This document shows, one piece after another, positions 18,119 to 27,411 of a stretch of 64,000 nt of DNA (positions are counted from its first letter, which is position 1; every line of letters starts with the position of its first letter). Origin of the DNA: Clostridiaceae bacterium. Lineage in GTDB: Bacteria > Bacillota > Clostridia > Saccharofermentanales > DTU023. Under the pieces are notes generated by a model. The model did no database searches. It was not told the DNA's origin and saw only the letters and a program-made list of their open reading frames with translations. Position numbers and translations under genes: made by a program. Location: contig DUNL01000161.1 of the NCBI GenBank assembly GCA_012839385.1, positions 1,824 through 65,823 on the forward strand, in the 5' to 3' direction.

Positions 18119-18727
18119 ATGCAAGTGCTTATTATCGGGGCGGGGAAGTTAGGACGCGAACTTGCTAAAGAGCTTTTAAAAAGAGATGACCAGGTAATTC
18201 TGGTTGACGCTAAGCAAGAGTTTTTATCTTTAGCTGAGAATATTCCTTGTGCTAAGGTAGCAGGCGATATGACGGATAAAGAGGTTCTTAAAAGCGCTAA
18301 GATTGAAACAGCTGATGTAGTCTGCTGTGTTGCGGACTCCGATAATATTAATATTATGGCCACCTGGGTAGCGACTAAAATCTATGCTGTTCCCCGTGTA
18401 CTGACCAGAATGTACAATCCTCGGAAAAAGAGTGTCTTTAAGGCATTAGGCATGGAAACTATCTCTTCGACCGATTTTACTGTCCAAGCCTTTTTGCGTT
18501 CGATGGAAGATGAGATAACTGTGATGCGACATAGGCTGTTTGACCACACTGTAACTTATACGATGGTGGATTTACCTTCAGAGTTGATCGGCGCTAAAGC
18601 TTCAGATATTAAAGCCAATTCGGAACAAATAATATTTGGTGTGCGCAGAGGTAACAGCACCTTTTCCGTATCGGAGCCAATTGTTTTGCAAGCCGATGAC
18701 AAGATCATAATGGCAGATCTAAGTTAG
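18119..18727 (+). CDS. Trk/Ktr K+ uptake system RCK (TrkA-N/TrkA-C) gating subunit, paralogue 1
   Basis: Rossmann motif VLIIGAGKLGRELA plus a C-terminal RCK_C-like segment. ATG 18119 lies after GGGAGGAG. Confidence 0.8.
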   Translation: MQVLIIGAGKLGRELAKELLKRDDQVILVDAKQEFLSLAENIPCAKVAGDMTDKEVLKSAKIETADVVCCVADSDNINIMATWVATKIYAVPRVLTRMYNPRKKSVFKALGMETISSTDFTVQAFLRSMEDEITVMRHRLFDHTVTYTMVDLPSELIGAKASDIKANSEQIIFGVRRGNSTFSVSEPIVLQADDKIIMADLS

Positions 18728-18737
18728 GAGAAATTTT

Positions 18738-19418
18738 ATGAAAATTGTCATTATTGGTGGCGGTAAACTCGCCTATTATCTAATTGATACCCTGGTCAGT
18801 AAAGACAATGACTACGAAATAATTTTGATTGAGCAAGTTGAAGAAGTGGGGGCGCAAATTGCCAGTCAGTTTGAAAGTGTAAAAGTATTGCATGGTGATG
18901 GCACGGATATAAAAGTAATGGAGGATGCCGGCTGTTTAAAAGCAGATTATTATATCGCTGTAACCGGTAAGGATGAAGATAATTTGGTTGGTTGCCATCT
19001 CGCGAAAACTATTTTTAATGTCCGCAATACAGTCGCTCATGTCAATAATCCGATTAATATTGAGTTATTCCAGTTGTTGAATGTAGACCTGGCCTATAAT
19101 CGAGCCTTAATTTTAGCGGATCTTATTGAGCAGGACATTGCCTGGGACGGTATGAGAGTAGCGTACAGTATTCCCGATCAGGAACTAAATATTCTCGAGA
19201 TAGAGTTGTCTGTAAGTTCCAACGCTGTCGGAAAAACATTGGCGGAATATGATTTCCCGGGCCGAACCAAAGTTGTTCTGATCGTTCGTCAGGATGGCAG
19301 TTCTGAAGTGCCTCAAGGTAGTAGCGTCATGCGCGCCGGAGACAAACTTTTTCTTGTGGCCGCCAGTGAAGACTATGACGCGATTCATGATAAAATGGTT
19401 TCTACTAAACGTAGGTAA
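18738..19418 (+). CDS. Trk/Ktr K+ uptake system RCK gating subunit, paralogue 2 (KtrA-like)
   Basis: MKIVIIGGGKLAYYL Rossmann motif, the HGDGTD pattern, and an RCK_C part (VGKTLAEYDFP..). Confidence 0.82.
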   Translation: MKIVIIGGGKLAYYLIDTLVSKDNDYEIILIEQVEEVGAQIASQFESVKVLHGDGTDIKVMEDAGCLKADYYIAVTGKDEDNLVGCHLAKTIFNVRNTVAHVNNPINIELFQLLNVDLAYNRALILADLIEQDIAWDGMRVAYSIPDQELNILEIELSVSSNAVGKTLAEYDFPGRTKVVLIVRQDGSSEVPQGSSVMRAGDKLFLVAASEDYDAIHDKMVSTKRR

Positions 19419-19420
19419 TT

Positions 19421-20824
19421 ATGCCGCTGTTACGTGTTAAAAATAAATCTCGGATTGAAAAGTTACTTAGTAATCCTGTCAGGCTGATTATTATTTCCTT
19501 CCTAATTGTAATTTTAGCGGGGACAGTATTGTTGACATTTCCCTTTGCCAGCTCCACAGGAAATTGGACTAGTCCCGCCATTACATTATTTACTTCCACT
19601 TCCGCTACTTGCGTGACAGGTCTTGTGGTAGTTGATACCGGCTCATATTGGTCCGGCGCAGGCCAAACTATTATCTTATTGATGATTCAAATCGGTGGCT
19701 TAGGTTTAGCGACCATAGCGGGAGCCTTTTATACTTTCTTTTTCAAAATTCATTCTTGGCGACAAATTGAAATTACTCGTGAAAGCACCTCTAATAGGGG
19801 GCAGGTCGAGTTAAATCGTCTCTTACGCTGGATTATTAAATTTACCGCTATTACTGAGTTGTTAGGGGCAATTCTTCTTATCTGGAGGTTTTGGCCTTAT
19901 TATGGGCGAGATGCGATCTGGAAAGGTTTTTTCCAGGCGGTGTCCGCTTTTTGTAATGCCGGTTTCGATTTACATGGCAATAAGCTTAACGGTGGCTTTG
20001 TAAGCCTGACGGGCTTTAATCATGATCCGATAGTGTTGATGGTTACCGCTGCTTTAATCGTTGCCGGTGGCTTAGGTTTCATGGTGTGGTTAAATGTCAT
20101 AAGTCATCTAAAAGGTTCTAAATTAATATTTCATAGCAGACTGGTCTTAAGGGTCACCGCGATTTTGATTATAGGCGGAACAGTTTTCTATTGGCTTTTA
20201 GAATTCAGAAATACTAATTCCGCTATCTCGCTAGGCAGTTTGCCTTGGTATCAGCAACCGTTTGCTGCCCTCTTTCAAAGCGTTACGACCAGAACTGCCG
20301 GTTTTAACAGCATCGACCAACTAACGCTGGCAGATAGCTCTAAATTTTTAACAGTTATCTTAATGTTCATCGGGGCCGCTCCGGCAAGTACCGGCGGGGG
20401 TATCAAGGTCACTACAATGGCAGCGGTTGCTTCCGGCATCGTATCTGATATCAGGCGCAAACCTTCCGCCATAATATCTCGTCACTATATCAAGAAGTCT
20501 ACCGCTAGAAGAGCTAGCACGATTTTCGTTTTGTCTATGTTGATTGTTGTGGTGGCCAGCGTCTTAATATCTATTGTTGAACAAGACATCTTGCGACAGG
20601 AACAAATTCCATTTCTAGATATTGTACTGGAGGTCACCTCGGCTTTCGGCACCGTAGGCTTGACTTCCATTGGAACTCCCATATTGCATCTGACCTCACG
20701 CTTAATCTTGGTTTTTTGCATGTTCCTCGGTCGTGTGGGACCTGTTGCTTTCGCCCTCAGCTTAACCGGAACAGAGGAGCAGACACAAGTTGTTTATCCT
20801 GAAGCCGGAATCTTATTGGGTTAG
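19421..20824 (+). CDS. Trk/Ktr-family K+ transporter membrane subunit (TrkH/KtrB)
   Basis: Polytopic membrane protein with repeated selectivity-filter-like motifs (TCVTGL, FCNAGF, TRTAGF, FGTVGL). It starts 2 nt after the RCK gene. Confidence 0.85.
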   Translation: MPLLRVKNKSRIEKLLSNPVRLIIISFLIVILAGTVLLTFPFASSTGNWTSPAITLFTSTSATCVTGLVVVDTGSYWSGAGQTIILLMIQIGGLGLATIAGAFYTFFFKIHSWRQIEITRESTSNRGQVELNRLLRWIIKFTAITELLGAILLIWRFWPYYGRDAIWKGFFQAVSAFCNAGFDLHGNKLNGGFVSLTGFNHDPIVLMVTAALIVAGGLGFMVWLNVISHLKGSKLIFHSRLVLRVTAILIIGGTVFYWLLEFRNTNSAISLGSLPWYQQPFAALFQSVTTRTAGFNSIDQLTLADSSKFLTVILMFIGAAPASTGGGIKVTTMAAVASGIVSDIRRKPSAIISRHYIKKSTARRASTIFVLSMLIVVVASVLISIVEQDILRQEQIPFLDIVLEVTSAFGTVGLTSIGTPILHLTSRLILVFCMFLGRVGPVAFALSLTGTEEQTQVVYPEAGILLG

Positions 20825-20851
20825 ATAAAATACTTTTCTGTTCCCAAATCA

Positions 20852-22291
20852 TTATTCCGGATCAGGCAGGGCAGCAATTTTCTCTTTGATCATCTCTTCT
20901 GTCAGCAGGGGGTTGGCACGACCAGAGGTCTTACGCATCACTTGTCCCATAATCGACCTGAGAGCGGCCTCTTTCCCTCTTTTGTAATCAGCTACCGTTT
21001 TGGCGCTTGTTTGTAGGGCAGCGTCAACATATTCCGCCAAGAGCTGACTGTCATTAATCTGTCTGAGCTTGTGTTCATCGACATAGGCGATTGGATCTAT
21101 ATGCTCGTCCGTCGCTACCATGGCTTTCATGACTTTTCGACCGGTATTACTATTGATTTCCTCTCTACCTAACAGTTCGGATAAACCTGATAGTTGTTCG
21201 GGCTGTAGAGGTACGTCACCTTCCTCGGCGAGACCGGGTAACAGATCAGCGATAATTAAATTGGCCGCGATTTTAGCATATTCAGTCCGCGCTGCCACTT
21301 CTTCAAAGAAGTCCGCTACTCTGATGTCGTTAGTGAGCAGATCAGCGTCATAGTCAGTAAGATCCCATCTACTAACATATTCTTGAATTCGAACATCAGG
21401 CAGACGAGGGATCTGCGCTTTAATTCTGTTAACTTCCTCTACGGGTACAACTATCGGAACCAAGTCCGGGTCCGGGAAATAACGGTAATCTGTGGCGTCT
21501 GCCTTGGAGCGCATAGAGGAAGTCGTTCCGCTTGTCGAGTCAAAGCGGCGAGTTTCCTGTACTATTTCGCCTCCTGCTTCTAATACTTCCACCTGGCGTT
21601 TGAACTCATGCTCTATCGCTTTCATCACGAAATTAAAAGAGTTGATATTCTTCATCTCGGTTCGAGTTCCCAGTTGTTCAGAACCTAAGGGACGGACAGA
21701 CAAATTGACATCACAGCGTAGTGAGCCTCGGTCCATGCGGCCATCGGAAACACCGGTATATTGAACTATAGATCGGATCTTACGTAGTAAAGCGTCAGCC
21801 TCTTCAGCCGATCTTATATCCGGTTCAGTTACAATCTCGATCAGGGGTACTCCGGCACGGTTTAAGTCTACTAAGGTGCCTTCACCTTCCAGATGCGTGA
21901 GCTTACCGGCATCTTCCTCTATATGAATATGGTTGAGACGAACGCGTTTCTTACCATTTTTTGTCTCTATATCTAAATAACCGCCTAAACAGAGTGGATT
22001 GTCACCCTGCGAGATTTGATAGGCTTTAGGCAGATCAGGGTAGTAGTAATTTTTTCGTTCCAGTTGAGCATAGGGCGCGATTTCGCAATGACAAGCCAGA
22101 CCTGCCTTGATGGCGAATTCAATTACTTGGCGATTAAGCACGGGTAAGGTTCCCGGCATGGCAAGACAGGTCGGGCAGGTATTGATATTGGGCTCGGCGC
22201 CGAATTCATTCTTGCAATGGCAGAATATTTTACGCTCCGTCATCAACTCAACATGTACTTCTAGGCCTATTACAGGTTCATATTTTGTCAT
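20852..22291 (-). CDS. gatB: Asp-tRNA(Asn)/Glu-tRNA(Gln) amidotransferase subunit B
   Basis: N-terminus YEPVIGLEVHVEL, 479 aa, and a C-terminal YqeY-like tail. Its ATG overlaps the gatA stop (TAATG). Confidence 0.95.
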   Translation of the reverse strand: MTKYEPVIGLEVHVELMTERKIFCHCKNEFGAEPNINTCPTCLAMPGTLPVLNRQVIEFAIKAGLACHCEIAPYAQLERKNYYYPDLPKAYQISQGDNPLCLGGYLDIETKNGKKRVRLNHIHIEEDAGKLTHLEGEGTLVDLNRAGVPLIEIVTEPDIRSAEEADALLRKIRSIVQYTGVSDGRMDRGSLRCDVNLSVRPLGSEQLGTRTEMKNINSFNFVMKAIEHEFKRQVEVLEAGGEIVQETRRFDSTSGTTSSMRSKADATDYRYFPDPDLVPIVVPVEEVNRIKAQIPRLPDVRIQEYVSRWDLTDYDADLLTNDIRVADFFEEVAARTEYAKIAANLIIADLLPGLAEEGDVPLQPEQLSGLSELLGREEINSNTGRKVMKAMVATDEHIDPIAYVDEHKLRQINDSQLLAEYVDAALQTSAKTVADYKRGKEAALRSIMGQVMRKTSGRANPLLTEEMIKEKIAALPDPE

Positions 22292-23736
22292 TAGACTATC
22301 TCCTCTCCGACATCCTCCATGATGAAATCCCCTACCTGGTACAGAAGCGCCTCACTAAAGGGTTTACCTATCAGCTGAACCGCGACCGGCATTTTCTCGA
22401 CCAGCTTACCGCTGGGAAGAGACAGGGCCGGTAACCCGGCTAAAGGTGCCAGCACGCTAAAAAACTGATTAGCGTAGAGCTCAACTTTATTTTTCTTCTC
22501 TCCCAATTTTGGCGCTATATCCGGCGTCATCGGCGCTAAGATCAGATCTACGTCACGGAAGGTTCCGGCCAATTCCTGTTTGACAAAGGAACGAATCTTC
22601 TGCGCTTTTACGTAGAATTTATCATAGTAACCCGCGCTGAGAGCAAAGGTCCCCAATACAATACGTCTCTTAACTTCGTCACCAAATCCTTCACTGCGAC
22701 TGTTATAGTAAATATCTTCCAATTCGGAATAGTTTGGGCTACGGTAGCCGTAATGGATGCCATCATAGCGTCCTAAATTGGAGGAGACTTCCGCGCTACT
22801 TAGCAGATAATAACTTGGGACAGCGGCGTCCAATCCGTCAACATCAATATTGATGATTTGAGCCCCGGCCTGTTTCAGTTTTTCTGCTACCTCCAGAATT
22901 ATCTCTTTGAATTCCGGTCGGATTTTAGGATCCAGATAGCTCTTGGTCAAACCAACACGTAGCCCCTTGACTCCCTGGCCTAAAAAAGCCGCGAAATCAG
23001 CAGGCTCTCTCTTCTCTGAAACAGTGTCTTCCTTGTCGTATCCCGCTATCGCTTGTAATACTTGGGCGTTATCGTGAATGCTTCGCGTAAGTGGCCCCAC
23101 CTGGTCCATGGAAGAAGCCATGGCAATAACTCCTCTACGCGACACTAAGCCATAGGTAGGTCTCATGCCCACCAGACCGCAGTAAGCGGCCGGTTGACGT
23201 ACGGAACCGCCCGTATCGGATCCCAGTGTGAACGCTGCTTCACCGGCGGCGACGGCGGCCGCGGAGCCTCCGGAGCTACCGCCGGATACCCGTGATTGAT
23301 CCAAGGGATTTTTGGTCGCTCCGAAATAAGAGCTTTCCGTTGATGAGCCCAGGGCAAATTCATCTAAATTAGTTTTTCCTAACAGAACAGCCTTTTGCTC
23401 CCTTAACTTAATCCAGACAAAAGCATCGTAGGTAGGAATAAATTCCGCCAGCATTTTAGAGGCGCCGGAAGTTAGGATACCTTTGGTACAGATATTGTCC
23501 TTTAAAGCAAATGGTATGCCCGCCAGTGCCGGTAGTTTATGGCCCGCTTGTAGTCGGGCGTCTACATCTTCCGCTTGAGCTATCGCCTGTTCAGCGGTGA
23601 CAGTAATAAAAGCGTTAATATCTTTGTCTTTAGCTTCGATCTGATTAAGAAAATAATTTGTTAGCTCAACAGAGGTGAAATCTCCGGCGCGTAATCCTGC
23701 CGCTAATTTTAATAGACCCATTTTATCGTAATTCAT
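22291..23736 (-). CDS. gatA: Asp-tRNA(Asn)/Glu-tRNA(Gln) amidotransferase subunit A
   Basis: Amidase signature GGSSGGSAAAVA and the KDNI motif. It starts 3 nt after the stop of the aspS-gatC ORF. Confidence 0.95.
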   Translation of the reverse strand: MNYDKMGLLKLAAGLRAGDFTSVELTNYFLNQIEAKDKDINAFITVTAEQAIAQAEDVDARLQAGHKLPALAGIPFALKDNICTKGILTSGASKMLAEFIPTYDAFVWIKLREQKAVLLGKTNLDEFALGSSTESSYFGATKNPLDQSRVSGGSSGGSAAAVAAGEAAFTLGSDTGGSVRQPAAYCGLVGMRPTYGLVSRRGVIAMASSMDQVGPLTRSIHDNAQVLQAIAGYDKEDTVSEKREPADFAAFLGQGVKGLRVGLTKSYLDPKIRPEFKEIILEVAEKLKQAGAQIINIDVDGLDAAVPSYYLLSSAEVSSNLGRYDGIHYGYRSPNYSELEDIYYNSRSEGFGDEVKRRIVLGTFALSAGYYDKFYVKAQKIRSFVKQELAGTFRDVDLILAPMTPDIAPKLGEKKNKVELYANQFFSVLAPLAGLPALSLPSGKLVEKMPVAVQLIGKPFSEALLYQVGDFIMEDVGEEIV

Positions 23737-23739
23737 AAA

Positions 23740-25848
23740 TTACTCCTCCTCCATCGCGATAACTTCCGGCACAAAGATATTGCCATCACGGCTAACAGGC
23801 GCGTTGGCCAGCAATTCTTCACGCTTTGGACCCGGCTCGACAGTATCAGTTTGGTAAACATTCTCCAGTTCATAGACATTCACAGTAGGAGACAAATCTT
23901 CCGTGTCGACATTTTCAATCTGATGAGCCCATTCAATTATACTGACAATATCGTTTCTGATGGCCGCCAATTCATCAGGCTCAAAACGTAGTCGAGCCAG
24001 CTTAGCCAGATATTCAACATCTATCTCCAGCGCCAGCTCCTTATGTTTAGAGGCTGCCGCGCTAATGTGTTGGCCTTCGTCAAATAAACCCGGGGCAAGA
24101 GCTATTCCCAGTTCTTCCAATTGCTCGAGATCTACCGAATCCGGAGCCCCGGTAAGAAGACAGGAGGCTTCTTTGGTCTTAGGGAAGGCGATGACTTCTC
24201 GCAATGATTCTTCGCCCAGCAAGATCATCACCAGTCGGTCTAGCCCGAACGCGAAGCCTCCGTGGGGCGGCGTTCCATAACCAAAGGCATCGATGACAAA
24301 GCCGAAGCGTCGCTCTATTTCCGTCTCACTTAAGCCCAACATGGCAAAGACTTGTTTCTGAATTTCACCATCGTGGATTCTGATTGAGCCGGAGCCTAGC
24401 TCGACACCGTTCAGTACGACATCATAGGCTTGTGAACGGATTCGCATGGGGTCGGATTGCAGATAGCTCAGGTCTTCCGGGCGAGGCATTGTAAAGGGAT
24501 GGTGTTGAGACAGATAACGTTTTTCTGTCTCACTATATTCAAACATCGGAAAATCGGTAATGATCAGGAACTGATAAGAATTATCCCTTAAGTTCAATCT
24601 ATCAGCCACCTCTAGGCGTAACGCGCCTAAGATTCTTCTGGCGTTGACCAGCGTGTCAGCAGAAAAGAGAATAAAGTCTCCCGGCTTAGCCCCGGCCTGA
24701 TTTAGCAAATCCAGCATAGCTTCCTCGGTGAAGTACTTGGTCAGAATCGAATAAATCTCCCCATCGGAACGCCAAGCAATCCAGGCCATACCACCGGCTC
24801 CCTGCTCAATCGCGAATTCGGTGAGACTATCTATTGCGCCACGCGTCAAGTCCGCCTGTCCCGGAATCACGATCGCCCTGACAACACCACCCTTTTTTAT
24901 CGTCTGTTTAAAGATCGCGAAGTCGGAGTTGGCAGCGGCTGACGTCAGGTCAACAATCAGCAGCCCAAAGCGCAAATCAGGTTTGTCCGAGCCATAGGTA
25001 TCCATAGCTTCCTGCCAGGTCAGACGCTGGAAAGGTTCTTGTATAACGACTTCCATTTGATCGCGCATCACGTATTTGAACAGGCGTTCCAACAATTGCA
25101 GAATATCTTCCTGTTCGACAAAAGCCATTTCCAGATCCAGCTGAGTAAATTCGGGTTGGCGATCTGCCCTCAGGTCTTCATCGCGAAAACAACGAGCGAT
25201 TTGATAGTACTTATCTATACCACCTGCCATTAACAATTGCTTAAAAATTTGGGGTGACTGAGGTAAGGCGTAGAAACTACCGGGATGAACTCGGCTGGGT
25301 ACCAGATAATCTCGCGCCCCCTCCGGAGTACTCTTCGTCAACATCGGTGTTTCAACTTCAATGAAGCCTTCCTCATCCATGAAATCGCGAATTGATTTCG
25401 CTAGCCGATGTCGGAAACGCAGATTTCTCTGTAGCCGCTTACTCCTCAGATCAAGAAAACGATATTTAAGACGTAAATCCTCGCGGATAGCCTGATCTTC
25501 AACAGGATTAAAGGGGAGAGATCCGGCGGCGGAAAGCAACTTCGCTGTATTAACCTGTAGCTCTATAGTCCCCGTTTTTATTTTGGGATTAATAGTTTCC
25601 TCCGCGCGCAGATGCATTCTTCCCGAAACAGAGATTACTGACTGATTGCGCACCGTCTCAGCCAGTTGGAAAGAAGTTTGGTCAGTGTTTTGTGGATTAA
25701 AAACAATCTGCAAGACACCGGTGTGATCAACCAGGTCGATAAAAATAACTCCTCCCATATCTCTTTTATTGGCTACCCAACCACAGGCGACAGCTTCCTT
25801 ACCAATGTCAGCCTCGGTCATAAGCCCACAATAATCAGTACGTCTCAT
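23740..25848 (-). CDS. aspS: Aspartyl-tRNA synthetase (bacterial type) fused C-terminally to a GatC domain
   Basis: AspRS motifs GWV..RD.GGVIFIDL, FYALPQSPQ, RCFRDEDLRADRQPEFTQLD and GLDRLVM. The last ~98 aa (VEYLAKLARLRF..VDTEDLSPT..ANAPVSRDGNIFVPEVI) read as GatC. ATG 25848 lies 7 nt after GGAG, and no separate gatC ORF is present. Confidence 0.9.
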   Translation of the reverse strand: MRRTDYCGLMTEADIGKEAVACGWVANKRDMGGVIFIDLVDHTGVLQIVFNPQNTDQTSFQLAETVRNQSVISVSGRMHLRAEETINPKIKTGTIELQVNTAKLLSAAGSLPFNPVEDQAIREDLRLKYRFLDLRSKRLQRNLRFRHRLAKSIRDFMDEEGFIEVETPMLTKSTPEGARDYLVPSRVHPGSFYALPQSPQIFKQLLMAGGIDKYYQIARCFRDEDLRADRQPEFTQLDLEMAFVEQEDILQLLERLFKYVMRDQMEVVIQEPFQRLTWQEAMDTYGSDKPDLRFGLLIVDLTSAAANSDFAIFKQTIKKGGVVRAIVIPGQADLTRGAIDSLTEFAIEQGAGGMAWIAWRSDGEIYSILTKYFTEEAMLDLLNQAGAKPGDFILFSADTLVNARRILGALRLEVADRLNLRDNSYQFLIITDFPMFEYSETEKRYLSQHHPFTMPRPEDLSYLQSDPMRIRSQAYDVVLNGVELGSGSIRIHDGEIQKQVFAMLGLSETEIERRFGFVIDAFGYGTPPHGGFAFGLDRLVMILLGEESLREVIAFPKTKEASCLLTGAPDSVDLEQLEELGIALAPGLFDEGQHISAAASKHKELALEIDVEYLAKLARLRFEPDELAAIRNDIVSIIEWAHQIENVDTEDLSPTVNVYELENVYQTDTVEPGPKREELLANAPVSRDGNIFVPEVIAMEEE

Positions 25849-26302
25849 AAACACACTCCGTCCATTTACATAATCAATATATTATTATAGACTACAATTT
25901 TTTATTTTGATCAGGTTAAAGTATACAGTATTTGTTTTTATGTAAACTAGCTAATTTTTGCCGGACAATTTTTTACGAACGCGTTTACCCTTAGTAAGTA
26001 GTATTTATGTCAAGGAATGGCATGATATCAAGGAGCTTAAGAGATTGAGGAAACTTATAGTAGGGAAAATTTGGAAATTGCGTGAGTAAACATGAGTCAA
26101 AAAAAGTACAGTTCTAGTGTACTAGGTAGATAAAGGACATTTTTACGCCTTGAGACGAGAGTCAGATGTTTTTTGAGTTGAGATTGTGGTCTGGAGTTAT
26201 CAGATTAAAAGGGTTAATCTATAAACTAGGTTGTGAATTACAATGTATTCGGCGATAGTGATCGCTAAGTCCCAATAATTAATCCACAGGGAGGATTATT
26301 TG

Positions 26303-27358
26303 ATGAATGAACTAGGATATATTGACTTAAGAAGTGATACTGTTACTCACCCGACCATTGAGATGAGAGAAGCAATGCTCAGAGCGGAAGTTGGAGATGA
26401 TGTCTATCAGGATGATACTACAACTAATGAGCTGGAGCGGTACGCGGCTACCGTACTGGGTAAAGAAGCTGCTCTTTTCGTGCCCAGTGGCACTATGGGT
26501 AATCAGGTGGGCGTGCTGGTCCATACCCAGCGAGGGCAAGAAATAATCCTTGGCTCAGAGGCCCATATTTTTGTCCATGAAGTTGGTGGCGCCGCTGTTT
26601 TAGCGGGAGTCAGCATGAAAACCCTACACTTCCAGGGTGATATCCCGGAACCGGCGAAGATAGAAGCAGCGATTAGACCAAACGATATTCATCAGCCCGA
26701 TACGGGCTTAATCTGCATGGAAAATGCGCTGTCCAATGGCAGTGTAGTGCCTTTGGAAGTGATGAAGGAAGTCTATGATTTGGCAGGGAAATATAAATTA
26801 CCGGTGCATCTTGATGGGGCTAGACTCTTTAATGCCGCCGAATATTTGGCTGTTGATGTCCGAGACATAACGCGATATACCGACACAGTAAACGTCTGCT
26901 TATCTAAAGGCTTATGCGCGCCTGTAGGCAGTATTTTTGCCGGTTCCGCCAAAATCGTTGCCAGTGCCCGTAAATGGAGAAAACTGCTCGGTGGCGGCAT
27001 GAGGCAGACAGGCTTTCTCGCGGCGCCGGGTTTGATCGCGCTCCGGGATATGACCAAGCGATTGCGTGATGACCATGAGAACGCGAAATATTTGGCCTCG
27101 CGATTGTCTCAACTGGATCAAGTTACAGTCAAAGAAGATCGTTTGGATATTAATATGGTATTTTTTACCGTTGATGCTGACGAGAAATTACTAAGCAGAT
27201 TGCCGGAAGCTTTCGCTCTTGATGGTATTCTTATCAATGAAAGAGAAGATGGGATTGAGTGGCGTTGGGTTACTCATAAAGATATTGAAAAACAAGATAT
27301 CGATAAAGTAGTAAAAAAATTTGAGGAGATCCTGGCGGATCCGAGTTTTTATTATTAA
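26303..27358 (+). CDS. ltaE: Low-specificity L-threonine aldolase
   Basis: IDLRSDTVT N-terminal motif and PLP-lysine context VCLSKGLCAP. ATG 26303 lies 8 nt after GGGAGG. Confidence 0.85.
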   Translation: MNELGYIDLRSDTVTHPTIEMREAMLRAEVGDDVYQDDTTTNELERYAATVLGKEAALFVPSGTMGNQVGVLVHTQRGQEIILGSEAHIFVHEVGGAAVLAGVSMKTLHFQGDIPEPAKIEAAIRPNDIHQPDTGLICMENALSNGSVVPLEVMKEVYDLAGKYKLPVHLDGARLFNAAEYLAVDVRDITRYTDTVNVCLSKGLCAPVGSIFAGSAKIVASARKWRKLLGGGMRQTGFLAAPGLIALRDMTKRLRDDHENAKYLASRLSQLDQVTVKEDRLDINMVFFTVDADEKLLSRLPEAFALDGILINEREDGIEWRWVTHKDIEKQDIDKVVKKFEEILADPSFYY

Positions 27359-27411
27359 GTGGTATTATGCCTTGACATATGGATTGATCAGAATAATCAA
27401 AGGAGACCTCT

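Noticed and set aside
26280-26288. DnaA-box-like 9-mer TAATCCACA (one mismatch to TTATCCACA).
   Set aside because: It is a single isolated copy overlapping the ltaE SD region, with no cluster of boxes and no AT-rich unwinding element arrangement that would suggest an origin.
25849-26302. T-box leader for aspS, or a glycine riboswitch for ltaE.
   Set aside because: Neither strand has a match to the conserved T-box core (…GGTGGTACCGCG) or to glycine-riboswitch cores. The aspS -10 box is only ~35 nt from the start codon.
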